Below are positions 18,433 through 29,669 of a stretch of 64,000 nucleotides of DNA, one piece after another (position 1 is the stretch's first letter; each line of letters starts with the position of its first letter). The position numbers and the translations under genes are program-made. The notes beneath the pieces are model-generated. The model was not told the DNA's origin. It searched no databases and saw only the letters and a program-made list of their open reading frames with translations. The stretch is from Escherichia coli (GTDB lineage Bacteria; Pseudomonadota; Gammaproteobacteria; Enterobacterales; Enterobacteriaceae), in NCBI RefSeq assembly GCF_048403405.1, contig NZ_CP183131.1. The stretch is one strand, 5' to 3'.

Positions 18433-19449
18433 TTAGTTCTCCTGTAATTTGTCCCGGATGTACTTCATGAGTTGTTCCGGTGGCACAAAGTTGTCTTTAT
18501 CACCGCTCGCTTGAGATAGCTGTTTGAGGTCAGAGCCCAGCTCTGGTGAGGCCAAGCGTTCGGCTATGTTGTTTTCCAGGTTGAGTACCGGACGTGTACG
18601 GTTAAACTCTTCGTCTGTGACCCAACCATTGCGTTTTGCTGCGACCAAAATCCTGTGATTCAGCTCAGGAAGAGACATTGGCCCTTGTCCTATAGGAGCG
18701 AACTGACCGTCTGGAGATGCGAGGTAAACAGCAGGGAAAGTTACGATACCAAGTTGTTTGGCATGGCCTTCATCGGTTTTGTAATGGGGGAAAAGCCCAC
18801 TGGGGAGTGGTTTGCCGTCCATAGATACAGGAATGATCGAGAATCCTTCTCCTTGTTCCAACATCTTGATGAGCGGTGCTTGCAAGTCACTGTAGTCATC
18901 GTCGGACTTGTAGAAGAAGAATATCCCTACGCGTTCGGCTACGCTTTTGAGTAGCATGTTTTTGGCGTTACCAGCGTCACGATCAACTTGTTGTGAGGCA
19001 AACGTGGCAGCAGGACGTCGAGTAATTTCATCCAAGAAAGGATCACCTACGACCGCCAGCTCTGTAGCATCGGAAAATTGTTCAGAGCGATCTATCGCAA
19101 ATCGTTGCAAGTAGAGAAACGTCCTGACGTTTTCAACGGTAGGATTGTTCCAAGCAAGGTCTTTGTACTTGGGTAAGTTTTCCCGGAACCATTCCGCTGA
19201 GAACATTTCTGGGCCGCTCGGAAGCGGAGCAGCAGGCTTAGGCTGTGTAGGCTTCGCTTCTGCCACAGGCTTTGGTTTGGGCTTTTCGGGTTTTTTCTCT
19301 GGTTCTTTGGGCTCTTCCTTGTACCAGAACCAACCCTCTTCCTTTCGCTCATAAAAACCAGGTCTTGTGCCATCTTGAGCCCAAGCCTGGTGTGATGCCC
19401 CCAGCGTGAGCGCTGCAAGGAGCAGTAAATTCAAAGGTGATTTTTTCAT
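18433..19449 (-). CDS. traF: conjugative pilus assembly protein TraF (thioredoxin-fold)
   Basis: Start taken at MKKSPLNLLLLAALTLGASHQAWA (signal peptide). PEKKPEKPKPKP linker. TraF family and synteny. Confidence 0.85.
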   Translation of the reverse strand: MKKSPLNLLLLAALTLGASHQAWAQDGTRPGFYERKEEGWFWYKEEPKEPEKKPEKPKPKPVAEAKPTQPKPAAPLPSGPEMFSAEWFRENLPKYKDLAWNNPTVENVRTFLYLQRFAIDRSEQFSDATELAVVGDPFLDEITRRPAATFASQQVDRDAGNAKNMLLKSVAERVGIFFFYKSDDDYSDLQAPLIKMLEQGEGFSIIPVSMDGKPLPSGLFPHYKTDEGHAKQLGIVTFPAVYLASPDGQFAPIGQGPMSLPELNHRILVAAKRNGWVTDEEFNRTRPVLNLENNIAERLASPELGSDLKQLSQASGDKDNFVPPEQLMKYIRDKLQEN

Positions 19450-19516
19450 AGTCTCACGCACGTATTTTCCCATGCTCGATATGGTAGAGGTGGGAGGCGT
19501 GAAATTAGGCAGGTGT

Positions 19517-19537
19517 AAGCGCCCATTTAGGGCGCTT
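19517..19537 (-). terminator. hairpin between helicase operon and traF (weak terminator)
   Basis: AAGCGCCC-ATTTA-GGGCGCTT 8-bp stem. There is no clear U-tract on the minus strand, so function is uncertain. Confidence 0.35.
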
Positions 19538-19556
19538 AGAGCGTTTTATTTGTCAA

Positions 19557-19572
19557 CTTTCACATGTGAAAG
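19557..19572. promoter_or_regulatory. 16-bp perfect palindrome (parS-like site)
   Basis: CTTTCACATGTGAAAG with outer GTCAA...TTGAC, in the gap between the helicase stop (19584) and the traF start. Confidence 0.6.
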
Positions 19573-19583
19573 AATTGACCAAA

Positions 19584-21095
19584 CTATTTGGTCGTGTCCT
19601 CTTCAACTTCTGTCGCTTCTGCGGCCATCTTCATCTGCTTCTCGACCATGCGTTTTTGGGTGATGTAGCGGATAACCATCTCGACAGCGCTGTTCAACGC
19701 AAGGATTCGCATCGCTCTGGTGGATGCAACGTAGAGCAGGTTTATTTCATCGTCACGGGCCATTGGGTCGAGCTCTGGGTCCAGGACATCCGGAAAGTCG
19801 TCATAGAGCTGAACAAAGTCCCACTCCAACCCTTTGCACCGATGAGCTGTTGAGACCGTAATGTCAGCCCCAAACTCTTCTTTGACTGTATTGCGTCGTA
19901 GAGTGGTGAGTCGTTCAGGGATTTCATCGTAGCTGTTGATGATCTTGACAGCCCTCATCATCTCAGGGTCTTTGGTCGCCTTCGCTACTTCTTGATACTC
20001 GAAGTAGTCTTCATACTCATCAAGCAGTTTCTTATTCTTTACCCGGTCTGGCTCTGCCATCGAAAACCAGTACAAATCCTGGAGCTCATTGATCTGGTAA
20101 GCGTCGATTCCACCGACCCAGAATACCTGCGCTCCGGATTCGGTCGCAGAGAGCGCCGTCTCTATAACCCCCATGACGGTTCGGTGAAGTATTGCGCGGT
20201 GGCCCACGTCACCTGGTAAAAACATGAGTACCTGATCTGCTGGTCCCCGGCCAACAACAGGTCGTGTTTCACCTTTGAGTTCAAGAAGGGCGTTTGCCAC
20301 CAGCGAAACGTTGGGGCCAAAGCGGAAGCTATGAGTGAGATAGAGTTGGTCGGCGTTCATGAGCTCTTTGCTATCAAGGGCGTTGTTTGCGCCTCTGAAC
20401 CTATAGATCTGCTGGTGGCGATCTCCAACCAGGATTACCTTGCAGTTCTGCTGTAGGACGATGCTACTTGTTACGGGGTTAGCGTCTTGTGCTTCATCAA
20501 AAAGAATGGTGGTGTACCGGCGAGACAGATTCGGCATCCCGAGCTGATACTGTTTGAGGTAGCAATCGTGTACGGTCGGGAACGGATCTTGAACGTTTGT
20601 CATCCGTTTCCATATGAGCTCAGCACCTTCGACCACCTGGATTTGGTATCTCTCCTGTTTGGACGTAAGCACTTTACCCGTATCGGCGCGAGCAAAATGC
20701 GTATAAAGAATCCGCATGTCTGCACTACACATAAAGGCGTTGAGCGTATCGAGAATATCTTTGGCAAACGTCCAGTTCTTGGTATTCACCGCTTGGGCAA
20801 TATCGGTGAGCCTTAGGTTGCCGGAGAGTTTGTGCTGGTAGCCCCTTCCTATAGTGGCGTAGGCAAGCTGGTGGGACGTTTTGCAGTCTACGTTTGCAGG
20901 AAACTTTTCTCTTGCCTCGTCGCGGATAGCCCTGTTGTATGCCAAGTAGAGGATACGTGAATCGAGGTTGTTGTGGGCGTACTTCACCAGTGTCGTGGTT
21001 TTACCCGTTCCAGCGTAGGCCTTAACGACAAGGCGAGGCCCTTTGTACTGAGTGATCAGTGATTGTTCTGGTGTGTCAGGAGGAAGTTGTTTCAT
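19584..21095 (-). CDS. UvrD/REP-type superfamily-1 DNA helicase
   Basis: Walker A AYAGTGKTTTL and Walker B ILFDEAQD. C-terminal TAHRCKGLEWD and LLYVASTRA motifs. Start MKQLPP at 21095 lies after GGGGGCC and after the upstream stop. Confidence 0.8.
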   Translation of the reverse strand: MKQLPPDTPEQSLITQYKGPRLVVKAYAGTGKTTTLVKYAHNNLDSRILYLAYNRAIRDEAREKFPANVDCKTSHQLAYATIGRGYQHKLSGNLRLTDIAQAVNTKNWTFAKDILDTLNAFMCSADMRILYTHFARADTGKVLTSKQERYQIQVVEGAELIWKRMTNVQDPFPTVHDCYLKQYQLGMPNLSRRYTTILFDEAQDANPVTSSIVLQQNCKVILVGDRHQQIYRFRGANNALDSKELMNADQLYLTHSFRFGPNVSLVANALLELKGETRPVVGRGPADQVLMFLPGDVGHRAILHRTVMGVIETALSATESGAQVFWVGGIDAYQINELQDLYWFSMAEPDRVKNKKLLDEYEDYFEYQEVAKATKDPEMMRAVKIINSYDEIPERLTTLRRNTVKEEFGADITVSTAHRCKGLEWDFVQLYDDFPDVLDPELDPMARDDEINLLYVASTRAMRILALNSAVEMVIRYITQKRMVEKQMKMAAEATEVEEDTTK

Positions 21096-21103
21096 GAGGC
21101 CCC

Positions 21104-21382
21104 CTACGACAAACACATCTGGAGAGTGATGCGCTTCTTTTGTGTCGAGAGGAACGTACTGATCCGCTTTTCTTCTCGGGGGAGGGATACTTCACAATCC
21201 AGATCTGTCCACCAGTCTGGGGCTTTACCTTGAGCCACCTCCGTAACCCAACTATGGAGACGGTGTAACCAGCGATAGTCGCCAATAGATGAGGTGGCTA
21301 GTGTCATAGCCTCCTCAATCTTGGTTTGAAGAGCCGCAGCTCTGTGTCGCCACTCTTCTGAATATTTAGCCTTTCGCGCCAT
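21104..21382 (-). CDS. hypothetical protein
   Basis: 92-aa ORF, overlapping the kfrA-like stop by 1 nt. No motif recognised. Confidence 0.5.
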   Translation of the reverse strand: MARKAKYSEEWRHRAAALQTKIEEAMTLATSSIGDYRWLHRLHSWVTEVAQGKAPDWWTDLDCEVSLPREEKRISTFLSTQKKRITLQMCLS

Positions 21383-22422
21383 CAGTTTTCCTCTTTCTTT
21401 TTCCCTCCCTTACCAGCTTTAGCGAGCTCTTGCTCCAACCCAGAAATTTTGGTCAGTGCATCATTGAGTCTTTGTTCGAGGCTCTTGGCCTGCTGGTCTT
21501 TTTCCTGCAACTGACCAGCCATCATGCCTTTGTCTTGAACAAGAGCGCGAGCTTCTGCTTCGGCGCTGGATAATTTGGCGTCCAGCTTTTCTACCTCTCC
21601 AGATAGGCGCTGGCACTCTCGTTCAGCGGATTCGCCATGAGCTTTGGCTGTGGCAAGGGAGTCCTGTGATTGGGCCAGTTTGGCCTGTACATTTTCGAGC
21701 TGCTCTTTCAACGATGTTTTTTGTTCCTGAGCGGCCCGGAGCTTTTCTGTCTGCTCTATACTCTTGCCTTTTTGCTCCTCCAACTCACCCTCTGTAGTTG
21801 CCAATTTTTGGCTCAAAGAGCGATTTTCGCTTTTAGCTTGCTCCAGGTGATCCTGTGCTCGGGTCAGATCTGCGGCTTTCGCCTCCAGCTTGCCCTCCAA
21901 CTCAACGATCCGCTTTTCCAGCTTATCAATGTCAGCCAGTGAGCGTTCTAGCTCCGCAGACTTGAGGGATAGCGAGTTTTCTGCCTTACCAAGGGCCGCA
22001 TCGAGCTCTGATTTTTTGTTGGTGAGAGCTTCAAGTTGTTCCTCCAGTAGCTCAGCCCGTTCGGTGGCATCATTTGCCATGTCCACGGCTTGCTGCATAT
22101 CTTCCTGGTACTCAATTTCTTTCTGTCGTAGCAGTTCACGCTCGCGCTCAAGCTGTTCATCGGCGCTTGCTTTGGCTACCGTATAGATCTTCTGTAGGAA
22201 GAGCTCAGCATCGCTCATAACCGATTCTGGAAGGACTACCTCTACCAGCTCTTCATCGAGGGAGTGTTCCTCTGACCACTGTTTGAGATACGTTGAAATG
22301 GTGGTAAAGCTCCCCTTGCCAATGATGTCTCTGATAGCGATGACCGTTGGGCGTTTACCGGCGTCCTTGAGCTTTTGGGCCGCAGCCGCTACATCGTCAA
22401 ACTCAACCAATTTTCTTGCCAT
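21382..22422 (-). CDS. kfrA: KfrA-like DNA-binding coiled-coil protein
   Basis: N-terminus FDDVAAAAQKLKDAGKRPTVIAIRDIIGKGSFTTISTYLKQW resembles the KfrA_N HTH. The remaining about 280 aa are E/K/L/A-rich coiled coil. Confidence 0.7.
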   Translation of the reverse strand: MARKLVEFDDVAAAAQKLKDAGKRPTVIAIRDIIGKGSFTTISTYLKQWSEEHSLDEELVEVVLPESVMSDAELFLQKIYTVAKASADEQLERERELLRQKEIEYQEDMQQAVDMANDATERAELLEEQLEALTNKKSELDAALGKAENSLSLKSAELERSLADIDKLEKRIVELEGKLEAKAADLTRAQDHLEQAKSENRSLSQKLATTEGELEEQKGKSIEQTEKLRAAQEQKTSLKEQLENVQAKLAQSQDSLATAKAHGESAERECQRLSGEVEKLDAKLSSAEAEARALVQDKGMMAGQLQEKDQQAKSLEQRLNDALTKISGLEQELAKAGKGGKKKEEN

Positions 22423-22451
22423 GAGAACGTTCCTTTTAATTTGTAATGTTT

Positions 22452-22513
22452 ACGATAATTACGATAATTACGATAATTACGATAATTACGATAATACGGT
22501 AATTATCATAATT
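22452..22513 (+). repeat. tandem 9-bp repeats upstream of kfrA (candidate operator/centromere-like array)
   Basis: ACGATAATT x4, then ACGATAAT, ACGGTAATT, ATCATAATT. Contains the palindrome TAATTATCATAATTA. Starts 30 bp upstream of the kfrA start. Confidence 0.8.
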
Positions 22514-22642
22514 ATATATCATGCTGCTGTCGATTGGAATTGTTTGTGTGGGACAAAGCCCTTCCGGCTGCGGAAAAGCCTTGTTACGCGGTCACGCTGA
22601 TTCATCCAGGGGGAGCCCGCAGAATTCGGAAAAAATCGTACG

Positions 22643-24159
22643 CTAAGGTTTTCCGGGCATCCGTAAGGGCCGAAACTTCCCGTCTTCCAGTCTGCGGCTC
22701 TGCCGCCAGACGTAATCGCCGGTTAGGTTGATGTGCTCCCAGCCCAGCGGCGACAGGAATTGCAGCAGCTCGCCGTCCACCGGCTTGCCGGCCTCGACCA
22801 ACCCCTGGGTGGCGCGTTCCAGGTACACCGTGTTCCACAGCACGATAGCCGCCGTCACCAGGTTGAGGCCGCTGGCCCGGTAGCGCTGCTGCTCGAAGCT
22901 CCGATCCCTGATTTCCCCAAGGCGGTTGAAGAACACCGCCCTGGCCAGCGAGTTGCGCGCCTCACCTTTGTTCAGGCCGGCATGCACGCGGCGGCGCAGT
23001 TCAACACTTTGCAGCCAGTCCAGGATGAACAGCGTGCGCTCGATCCGGCCCAGCTCGCGCAGGGCCACGGCCAGTCCGTTCTGGCGCGGGTAGCTGCCGA
23101 GCTTGCGCAGCATCAGCGAGGCGGTGACGGTGCCCTGCTTGATCGAGCTGGCCAGGCGCAGGATGTCGTCCCAGTGGGCACGCACGTGCTTGATGTTCAG
23201 GGTGCCGCCGATCAGCGGGCGCAACGTCGGGTAGGCTTGCACGCCCTGCGGCACGTACAGCTTGGTTTCGCCGAGGTCGCGGATGCGCGGCGCGAAGCGG
23301 AAGCCTAGCAGGTGCATCAGGGCAAAGACGTGATCGGTGAAGCCGGCCGTGTCGGTGTAGTGCTCCTCGATCCGCAGGTCGGACTCGTGGTACAGCAGGC
23401 CGTCGAGCACATAGGTGGAATCGCGGACGCCGACATTCACCACGCGGGTGCTGAACGGCGCGTACTGGTCGGAGATATGGGTATAGAACAGCCGTCCCGG
23501 CTCGCTACCGTACTTCGGGTTGACGTGCCCGGTGCTCTCGCCCCGGCCACCCGCGCGGAAGCGCTGGCCATCGGAGGATGAGGTCGTGCCGTCGCCCCAG
23601 TGGGCGGCAAAGGCGTGGCGATACTGGTGGTTGACCAGCTCGGCCAAGGCCGCCGAATAGGTTTCGTCGCGGATGTGCCAGGCTTGCAGCCAGGACAGCT
23701 TGGCGTAGGTCAGGCCGGGGCTCGACTCGGCCATCTTGGTCAGCCCGAGGTTGATCGCATCACCGAGGATTGCGGACAGCAGCAACGTCCTGTCTTTGGC
23801 CTCGGCCCCGTCCTTCAAGTGGGTGAAGTGGCGGCTGAAGCCCGTCCAGTCGTCCACGTCCATCAGCAGTTCGGTGATCTTGATGCGCGGCAGTAACTGG
23901 CTGGTTTGGTCGATCAGCGCCTGCGCCCGATCCGGCACCGCCGCATCCAGCGGGGTGATTTTCAGCCCTGACTCGGTGAGGATGGCATCGGGCAGCTCGT
24001 TGTCCTTGGCCAGGCGGGTGACGGTGGCCAACTGCTCGTCCAGCAGCTGCAAACGCTCTTCCAGGTACTGGTCGCTGTTCGGGTTGATCGCCAGGGGCAG
24101 GGCCTGCTCGCGCTTGAGTGCGGCGAACTTCTCGGCCGGCAGCAGGTAGTCGTCGAAGT
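22643..24159 (-). pseudogene. tnpA: Tn3-family transposase tnpA, 5'-truncated by IS26
   Basis: About 505 C-terminal codons of a Tn21/Tn1721-subgroup TnpA, ending inside the IR as is typical. The N-terminal half is replaced by IS26 at 24160. Confidence 0.85.
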
Positions 24160-24979
24160 GGCACTGTTGCAAATAGTCGGTGGTGATAAACTTATCATCC
24201 CCTTTTGCTGATGGAGCTGCACATGAACCCATTCAAAGGCCGGCATTTTCAGCGTGACATCATTCTGTGGGCCGTACGCTGGTACTGCAAATACGGCATC
24301 AGTTACCGTGAGCTGCAGGAGATGCTTGCTGAACGCGGAGTGAATGTCGATCACTCCACGATTTACCGCTGGGTTCAGCGTTATGCGCCTGAAATGGAAA
24401 AACGGCTGCGCTGGTACTGGCGTAACCCTTCCGATCTTTGCCCGTGGCACATGGATGAAACCTACGTGAAGGTCAATGGCCGCTGGGCGTATCTGTACCG
24501 GGCCGTCGACAGCCGGGGCCGCACTGTCGATTTTTATCTCTCCTCCCGTCGTAACAGCAAAGCTGCATACCGGTTTCTGGGTAAAATCCTCAACAACGTG
24601 AAGAAGTGGCAGATCCCGCGATTCATCAACACGGATAAAGCGCCCGCCTATGGTCGCGCGCTTGCTCTGCTCAAACGCGAAGGCCGGTGCCCGTCTGACG
24701 TTGAACACCGACAGATTAAGTACCGGAACAACGTGATTGAATGCGATCATAGCAAACTGAAACGGATAATCGGCGCCACGCTGGGATTTAAATCCATGAA
24801 GACGGCTTACGCCACCATCAAAGGTATTGAGGTGATGCGTGCACTACGCAAAGGCCAGGCCTCAGCATTTTATTATGGTGATCCCCTGGGCGAAATGCGC
24901 CTGGTAAGCAGAGTTTTTGAAATGTAAGGCCTTTGAATAAGACAAAAGGCTGCCTCATCGCTAACTTTGCAACAGTGCC
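24160..24979 (+). mobile_element. IS26 (copy 1)
   Basis: 820 bp with 14-bp IRs GGCACTGTTGCAAA / TTTGCAACAGTGCC. tnp26 at 24223..24927 (234 aa). One nt differs from copies 2 and 3 (AGC vs GGC, giving ...CDHSKLK vs CDHGKLK). Confidence 0.95.
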
Positions 24980-25025
24980 TTTAAGCGTGCATAATAAGCC
25001 CTACACAAATTGGGAGTTAGACATC

Positions 25026-25625
25026 ATGAGCAACGCAAAAACAAAGTTAGGCATCACAAAGTACAGCATCGTGACCAACAGCAACGATTCCGTCACACTG
25101 CGCCTCATGACTGAGCATGACCTTGCGATGCTCTATGAGTGGCTAAATCGATCTCATATCGTCGAGTGGTGGGGCGGAGAAGAAGCACGCCCGACACTTG
25201 CTGACGTACAGGAACAGTACTTGCCAAGCGTTTTAGCGCAAGAGTCCGTCACTCCATACATTGCAATGCTGAATGGAGAGCCGATTGGGTATGCCCAGTC
25301 GTACGTTGCTCTTGGAAGCGGGGACGGACGGTGGGAAGAAGAAACCGATCCAGGAGTACGCGGAATAGACCAGTTACTGGCGAATGCATCACAACTGGGC
25401 AAAGGCTTGGGAACCAAGCTGGTTCGAGCTCTGGTTGAGTTGCTGTTCAATGATCCCGAGGTCACCAAGATCCAAACGGACCCGTCGCCGAGCAACTTGC
25501 GAGCGATCCGATGCTACGAGAAAGCGGGGTTTGAGAGGCAAGGTACCGTAACCACCCCATATGGTCCAGCCGTGTACATGGTTCAAACACGCCAGGCATT
25601 CGAGCGAACACGCAGTGATGCCTAA
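25026..25625 (+). CDS. aac(6')-Ib-cr: aminoglycoside/fluoroquinolone acetyltransferase AAC(6')-Ib-cr
   Basis: 199 aa, recognised sequence. Carries both cr substitutions: GDGRWEEE (Trp102Arg) and TTPYGPAV (Asp179Tyr). Confidence 0.9.
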   Translation: MSNAKTKLGITKYSIVTNSNDSVTLRLMTEHDLAMLYEWLNRSHIVEWWGGEEARPTLADVQEQYLPSVLAQESVTPYIAMLNGEPIGYAQSYVALGSGDGRWEEETDPGVRGIDQLLANASQLGKGLGTKLVRALVELLFNDPEVTKIQTDPSPSNLRAIRCYEKAGFERQGTVTTPYGPAVYMVQTRQAFERTRSDA

Positions 25626-25691
25626 CCCTTCCATCGAGGGGGACGTCCAAGGGCTGGCGCCCTTGGCCGCCCCTCATGTCAAACGTTGGGC
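25620..25691 (+). other. attC (59-be) of the aacA4 cassette
   Basis: GCCTAAC ... GTTGGGC inverse core/core sites with internal symmetry, 72 bp. Similar attC elements follow blaOXA-1 (about 26608-26695) and catB3 (about 27350-27415). Confidence 0.7.
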
Positions 25692-25755
25692 GAACCCGGA
25701 GCCTCATTAATTGTTAGCCGTTAAAATTAAGCCCTTTACCAAACCAATACTTATT

Positions 25756-26586
25756 ATGAAAAACACAATACATATCAACTTCGCTATTTTTTTAATAATT
25801 GCAAATATTATCTACAGCAGCGCCAGTGCATCAACAGATATCTCTACTGTTGCATCTCCATTATTTGAAGGAACTGAAGGTTGTTTTTTACTTTACGATG
25901 CATCCACAAACGCTGAAATTGCTCAATTCAATAAAGCAAAGTGTGCAACGCAAATGGCACCAGATTCAACTTTCAAGATCGCATTATCACTTATGGCATT
26001 TGATGCGGAAATAATAGATCAGAAAACCATATTCAAATGGGATAAAACCCCCAAAGGAATGGAGATCTGGAACAGCAATCATACACCAAAGACGTGGATG
26101 CAATTTTCTGTTGTTTGGGTTTCGCAAGAAATAACCCAAAAAATTGGATTAAATAAAATCAAGAATTATCTCAAAGATTTTGATTATGGAAATCAAGACT
26201 TCTCTGGAGATAAAGAAAGAAACAACGGATTAACAGAAGCATGGCTCGAAAGTAGCTTAAAAATTTCACCAGAAGAACAAATTCAATTCCTGCGTAAAAT
26301 TATTAATCACAATCTCCCAGTTAAAAACTCAGCCATAGAAAACACCATAGAGAACATGTATCTACAAGATCTGGATAATAGTACAAAACTGTATGGGAAA
26401 ACTGGTGCAGGATTCACAGCAAATAGAACCTTACAAAACGGATGGTTTGAAGGGTTTATTATAAGCAAATCAGGACATAAATATGTTTTTGTGTCCGCAC
26501 TTACAGGAAACTTGGGGTCGAATTTAACATCAAGCATAAAAGCCAAGAAAAATGCGATCACCATTCTAAACACACTAAATTTATAA
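25756..26586 (+). CDS. blaOXA-1: class D beta-lactamase OXA-1
   Basis: 276 aa starting MKNTIHINFAIFLIIANIIYSSASA. STFK and KTG motifs. Sequence recognised as OXA-1. Confidence 0.9.
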   Translation: MKNTIHINFAIFLIIANIIYSSASASTDISTVASPLFEGTEGCFLLYDASTNAEIAQFNKAKCATQMAPDSTFKIALSLMAFDAEIIDQKTIFKWDKTPKGMEIWNSNHTPKTWMQFSVVWVSQEITQKIGLNKIKNYLKDFDYGNQDFSGDKERNNGLTEAWLESSLKISPEEQIQFLRKIINHNLPVKNSAIENTIENMYLQDLDNSTKLYGKTGAGFTANRTLQNGWFEGFIISKSGHKYVFVSALTGNLGSNLTSSIKAKKNAITILNTLNL

Positions 26587-26723
26587 AAAATCTAATGGCA
26601 AAATCGCCCAACCCTTCAATCAAGTCGGGACGGCCAAAAGCAAGCTTTTGGCTCCCCTCGCTGGCGCTCGGCGCCCCTTATTTCAAACGTTAGACGGCAA
26701 AGTCACAGACCGCGGGATCTCTT

Positions 26724-27356
26724 ATGACCAACTACTTTGATAGCCCCTTCAAAGGCAAGCTGCTTTCTGAGCAAGTGAAGAACCCCAATATCAAAGTTGG
26801 GCGGTACAGCTATTACTCTGGCTACTATCATGGGCACTCATTCGATGACTGCGCACGGTATCTGTTTCCGGACCGTGATGACGTTGATAAGTTGATCATC
26901 GGTAGTTTCTGCTCTATCGGGAGTGGGGCTTCCTTTATCATGGCTGGCAATCAGGGGCATCGGTACGACTGGGCATCATCTTTCCCGTTCTTTTATATGC
27001 AGGAAGAACCTGCATTCTCAAGCGCACTCGATGCCTTCCAAAAAGCAGGTAATACTGTCATTGGCAATGACGTTTGGATCGGCTCTGAGGCAATGGTCAT
27101 GCCCGGAATCAAGATCGGGCACGGTGCGGTGATAGGCAGCCGCTCGTTGGTGACAAAAGATGTGGAGCCTTACGCTATCGTTGGCGGCAATCCCGCTAAG
27201 AAGATTAAGAAACGCTTCACCGATGAGGAAATTTCATTGCTTCTGGAGATGGAGTGGTGGAATTGGTCACTGGAGAAGATCAAAGCGGCAATGCCCATGC
27301 TGTGCTCGTCTAATATTGTTGGCCTGCACAAGTATTGGCTCGAGTTTGCCGTCTAA
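26724..27356 (+). CDS. catB3: xenobiotic (chloramphenicol) acetyltransferase CatB3, full length
   Basis: 210 aa, hexapeptide-repeat acetyltransferase, recognised as CatB3. It is not IS26-truncated here. Confidence 0.9.
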   Translation: MTNYFDSPFKGKLLSEQVKNPNIKVGRYSYYSGYYHGHSFDDCARYLFPDRDDVDKLIIGSFCSIGSGASFIMAGNQGHRYDWASSFPFFYMQEEPAFSSALDAFQKAGNTVIGNDVWIGSEAMVMPGIKIGHGAVIGSRSLVTKDVEPYAIVGGNPAKKIKKRFTDEEISLLLEMEWWNWSLEKIKAAMPMLCSSNIVGLHKYWLEFAV

Positions 27357-27440
27357 CAATTCAATCAAGCCGATGCCGCTTCGCGGCACGGCTTATTTCA
27401 GGCGTTATGCAGCCAAATCCCAACAATTAAGGGTCTTAAA

Positions 27441-27587
27441 ATGGTAAAAGATTGGATTCCCATCTCTCATGATAATTACAAGCAGGTGCAAGGACCGTTC
27501 TATCATGGAACCAAAGCCAATTTGGCGATTGGTGACTTGCTAACCACAGGGTTCATCTCTCATTTCGAGGACGGTCGTATTCTTAAG
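27441..27587 (+). pseudogene. arr-3: rifampicin ADP-ribosyltransferase arr-3, 3'-truncated by IS26
   Basis: First 49 codons (MVKDWIPISHDNYKQVQGPFYHGTKANL...) run directly into the IS26 IR at 27588. Confidence 0.8.
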
Positions 27588-28407
27588 GGCACTGTTGCAA
27601 AGTTAGCGATGAGGCAGCCTTTTGTCTTATTCAAAGGCCTTACATTTCAAAAACTCTGCTTACCAGGCGCATTTCGCCCAGGGGATCACCATAATAAAAT
27701 GCTGAGGCCTGGCCTTTGCGTAGTGCACGCATCACCTCAATACCTTTGATGGTGGCGTAAGCCGTCTTCATGGATTTAAATCCCAGCGTGGCGCCGATTA
27801 TCCGTTTCAGTTTGCCATGATCGCATTCAATCACGTTGTTCCGGTACTTAATCTGTCGGTGTTCAACGTCAGACGGGCACCGGCCTTCGCGTTTGAGCAG
27901 AGCAAGCGCGCGACCATAGGCGGGCGCTTTATCCGTGTTGATGAATCGCGGGATCTGCCACTTCTTCACGTTGTTGAGGATTTTACCCAGAAACCGGTAT
28001 GCAGCTTTGCTGTTACGACGGGAGGAGAGATAAAAATCGACAGTGCGGCCCCGGCTGTCGACGGCCCGGTACAGATACGCCCAGCGGCCATTGACCTTCA
28101 CGTAGGTTTCATCCATGTGCCACGGGCAAAGATCGGAAGGGTTACGCCAGTACCAGCGCAGCCGTTTTTCCATTTCAGGCGCATAACGCTGAACCCAGCG
28201 GTAAATCGTGGAGTGATCGACATTCACTCCGCGTTCAGCAAGCATCTCCTGCAGCTCACGGTAACTGATGCCGTATTTGCAGTACCAGCGTACGGCCCAC
28301 AGAATGATGTCACGCTGAAAATGCCGGCCTTTGAATGGGTTCATGTGCAGCTCCATCAGCAAAAGGGGATGATAAGTTTATCACCACCGACTATTTGCAA
28401 CAGTGCC
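27588..28407 (-). mobile_element. IS26 (copy 2)
   Basis: 820 bp, perfect 14-bp IRs. tnp26 at 27640..28344 on the minus strand. Inverted relative to copy 1, direct relative to copy 3. Confidence 0.95.
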
Positions 28408-28729
28408 GTAATTATTTAGGATATAGCTCTGTGATTTAGTCTTTTTAGGGCGTTTATTTATGTCTTTATGCTGTAATGTCGGTGCTGATTTGGTCTTCAA
28501 TAAGGCGATTTTTAGCCCGCTTTTTCCGGGGGGATGAAATGTTATTGGATTGCTAAATGATTTCAAAAAAGGGGTAACATAGAGCGGGGATTAGTGTGGC
28601 GAGGCGCAGGTTTCCGATGGCAGGCTAAACGCAAAAAATGCGCTTTTTAGCCGGTGATGAGGTGAGGCCGGGAGGGGATGCGTCGCCGATCACAGTTTAC
28701 AACAGGGTTTGATAACGGGAGGAAAAGTC

Positions 28730-29146
28730 ATGCTGCAGGGATTGAATCATCTGACGCTGGCGGTCAGCGATCTGGCGTCAAGCCTGGCATTTTATCAGCA
28801 GTTACCTGGAATGCGCCTGCACGCCAGCTGGGATAGCGGAGCCTATCTCTCCTGTGGGGCGCTGTGGCTGTGCTTGTCGCTGGATGAGCAGCGGCGTAAA
28901 ACGCCCCCTCAGGAAAGCGACTATACCCACTACGCCTTCAGCGTGGCGGAAGAAGAGTTTGCCGGGGTGGTGGCTCTGCTGGCGCAGGCGGGGGCTGAGG
29001 TATGGAAAGATAACCGCAGTGAAGGGGCGTCTTACTATTTTCTCGACCCTGACGGCCATAAGCTGGAGCTGCATGTGGGGAATCTGGCGCAGCGGCTGGC
29101 CGCCTGTCGCGAACGCCCCTACAAGGGGATGGTCTTTTTTGATTGA
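28730..29146 (+). CDS. fosA3: fosfomycin glutathione S-transferase FosA3
   Basis: 138 aa ([34 protein letters not shown]...). Recognised as FosA3, in the usual IS26-bounded context with Kluyvera-derived orf1, orf2 and truncated orf3. Confidence 0.9.
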   Translation: MLQGLNHLTLAVSDLASSLAFYQQLPGMRLHASWDSGAYLSCGALWLCLSLDEQRRKTPPQESDYTHYAFSVAEEEFAGVVALLAQAGAEVWKDNRSEGASYYFLDPDGHKLELHVGNLAQRLAACRERPYKGMVFFD

Positions 29147-29150
29147 CGGG

Positions 29151-29669
29151 TTAGTTCAGCTTACTGCCGGATTTCAACGTGCAGATCCACAGCGGTGAAT
29201 TGATAGAGCTGAGCAAGATAGCCTTTTCGTTGAGCTTCTGAGCGTTGAGAAACAGCCCGTCGTGGCTGTCGGACATCTCGCGCATAAAGTAGTCGAAAAT
29301 CACGTTCGGCGATTCATCAATCGAGGAGGCGCTCGATTCCCACTGATTGATGCGGTAATGACGCTCGGTGGCCGAGATGCGTTTGCTGCTGTAGGTAAAC
29401 TTCACGTAGCGTTGCAGGTAGAGCCAGCCGGCGGCGGAGTCGGTGTAACCTTCGACCACCATCGAGCCCTTACCCTGCGCGCCAAAATTGAAGTGAATAT
29501 TGCCGTTAACGTTCTCTTTGTCCATGTTCTCAAAGCGCATGATGCCCTTAGTGGAACAGCTCATGACACCCGCGTTGTCGGCAGGCAGCAGCCGCCAGGC
29601 GCTAAACGCGGCGGCGGCAATAAATACCAGAACGCAGAGGGCAAAGAACGGACGCGGCGCGAGTCTCAT
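29151..29669 (-). CDS. hypothetical secreted/membrane-anchored protein (fosA3-module orf1)
   Basis: 172 aa with an N-terminal hydrophobic signal/anchor (FFALCVLVFIAAAAF). Fixed partner of fosA3 modules. Confidence 0.6.
   Translation of the reverse strand: MRLAPRPFFALCVLVFIAAAAFSAWRLLPADNAGVMSCSTKGIMRFENMDKENVNGNIHFNFGAQGKGSMVVEGYTDSAAGWLYLQRYVKFTYSSKRISATERHYRINQWESSASSIDESPNVIFDYFMREMSDSHDGLFLNAQKLNEKAILLSSINSPLWICTLKSGSKLN

Noticed and set aside
22452-22513. CRISPR array check (tandem repeats here, at 42117-42151, and the repeated leaders)
   Set aside because: The repeat units are 9 bp with no spacers. The leaders lack a constant repeat or unique-spacer periodicity. No cas genes are present. 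No CRISPR array is in the window.
22733-24164. Several long ORFs (191, 137, 134, 98, 89 aa) antisense or out of frame within the Tn1721-like tnpA remnant
   Set aside because: High-GC DNA produces long spurious frames. The minus-strand frame encodes a recognisable Tn3-family transposase, and the alternatives have Arg/Gly/Ala/Pro-rich low-complexity composition.
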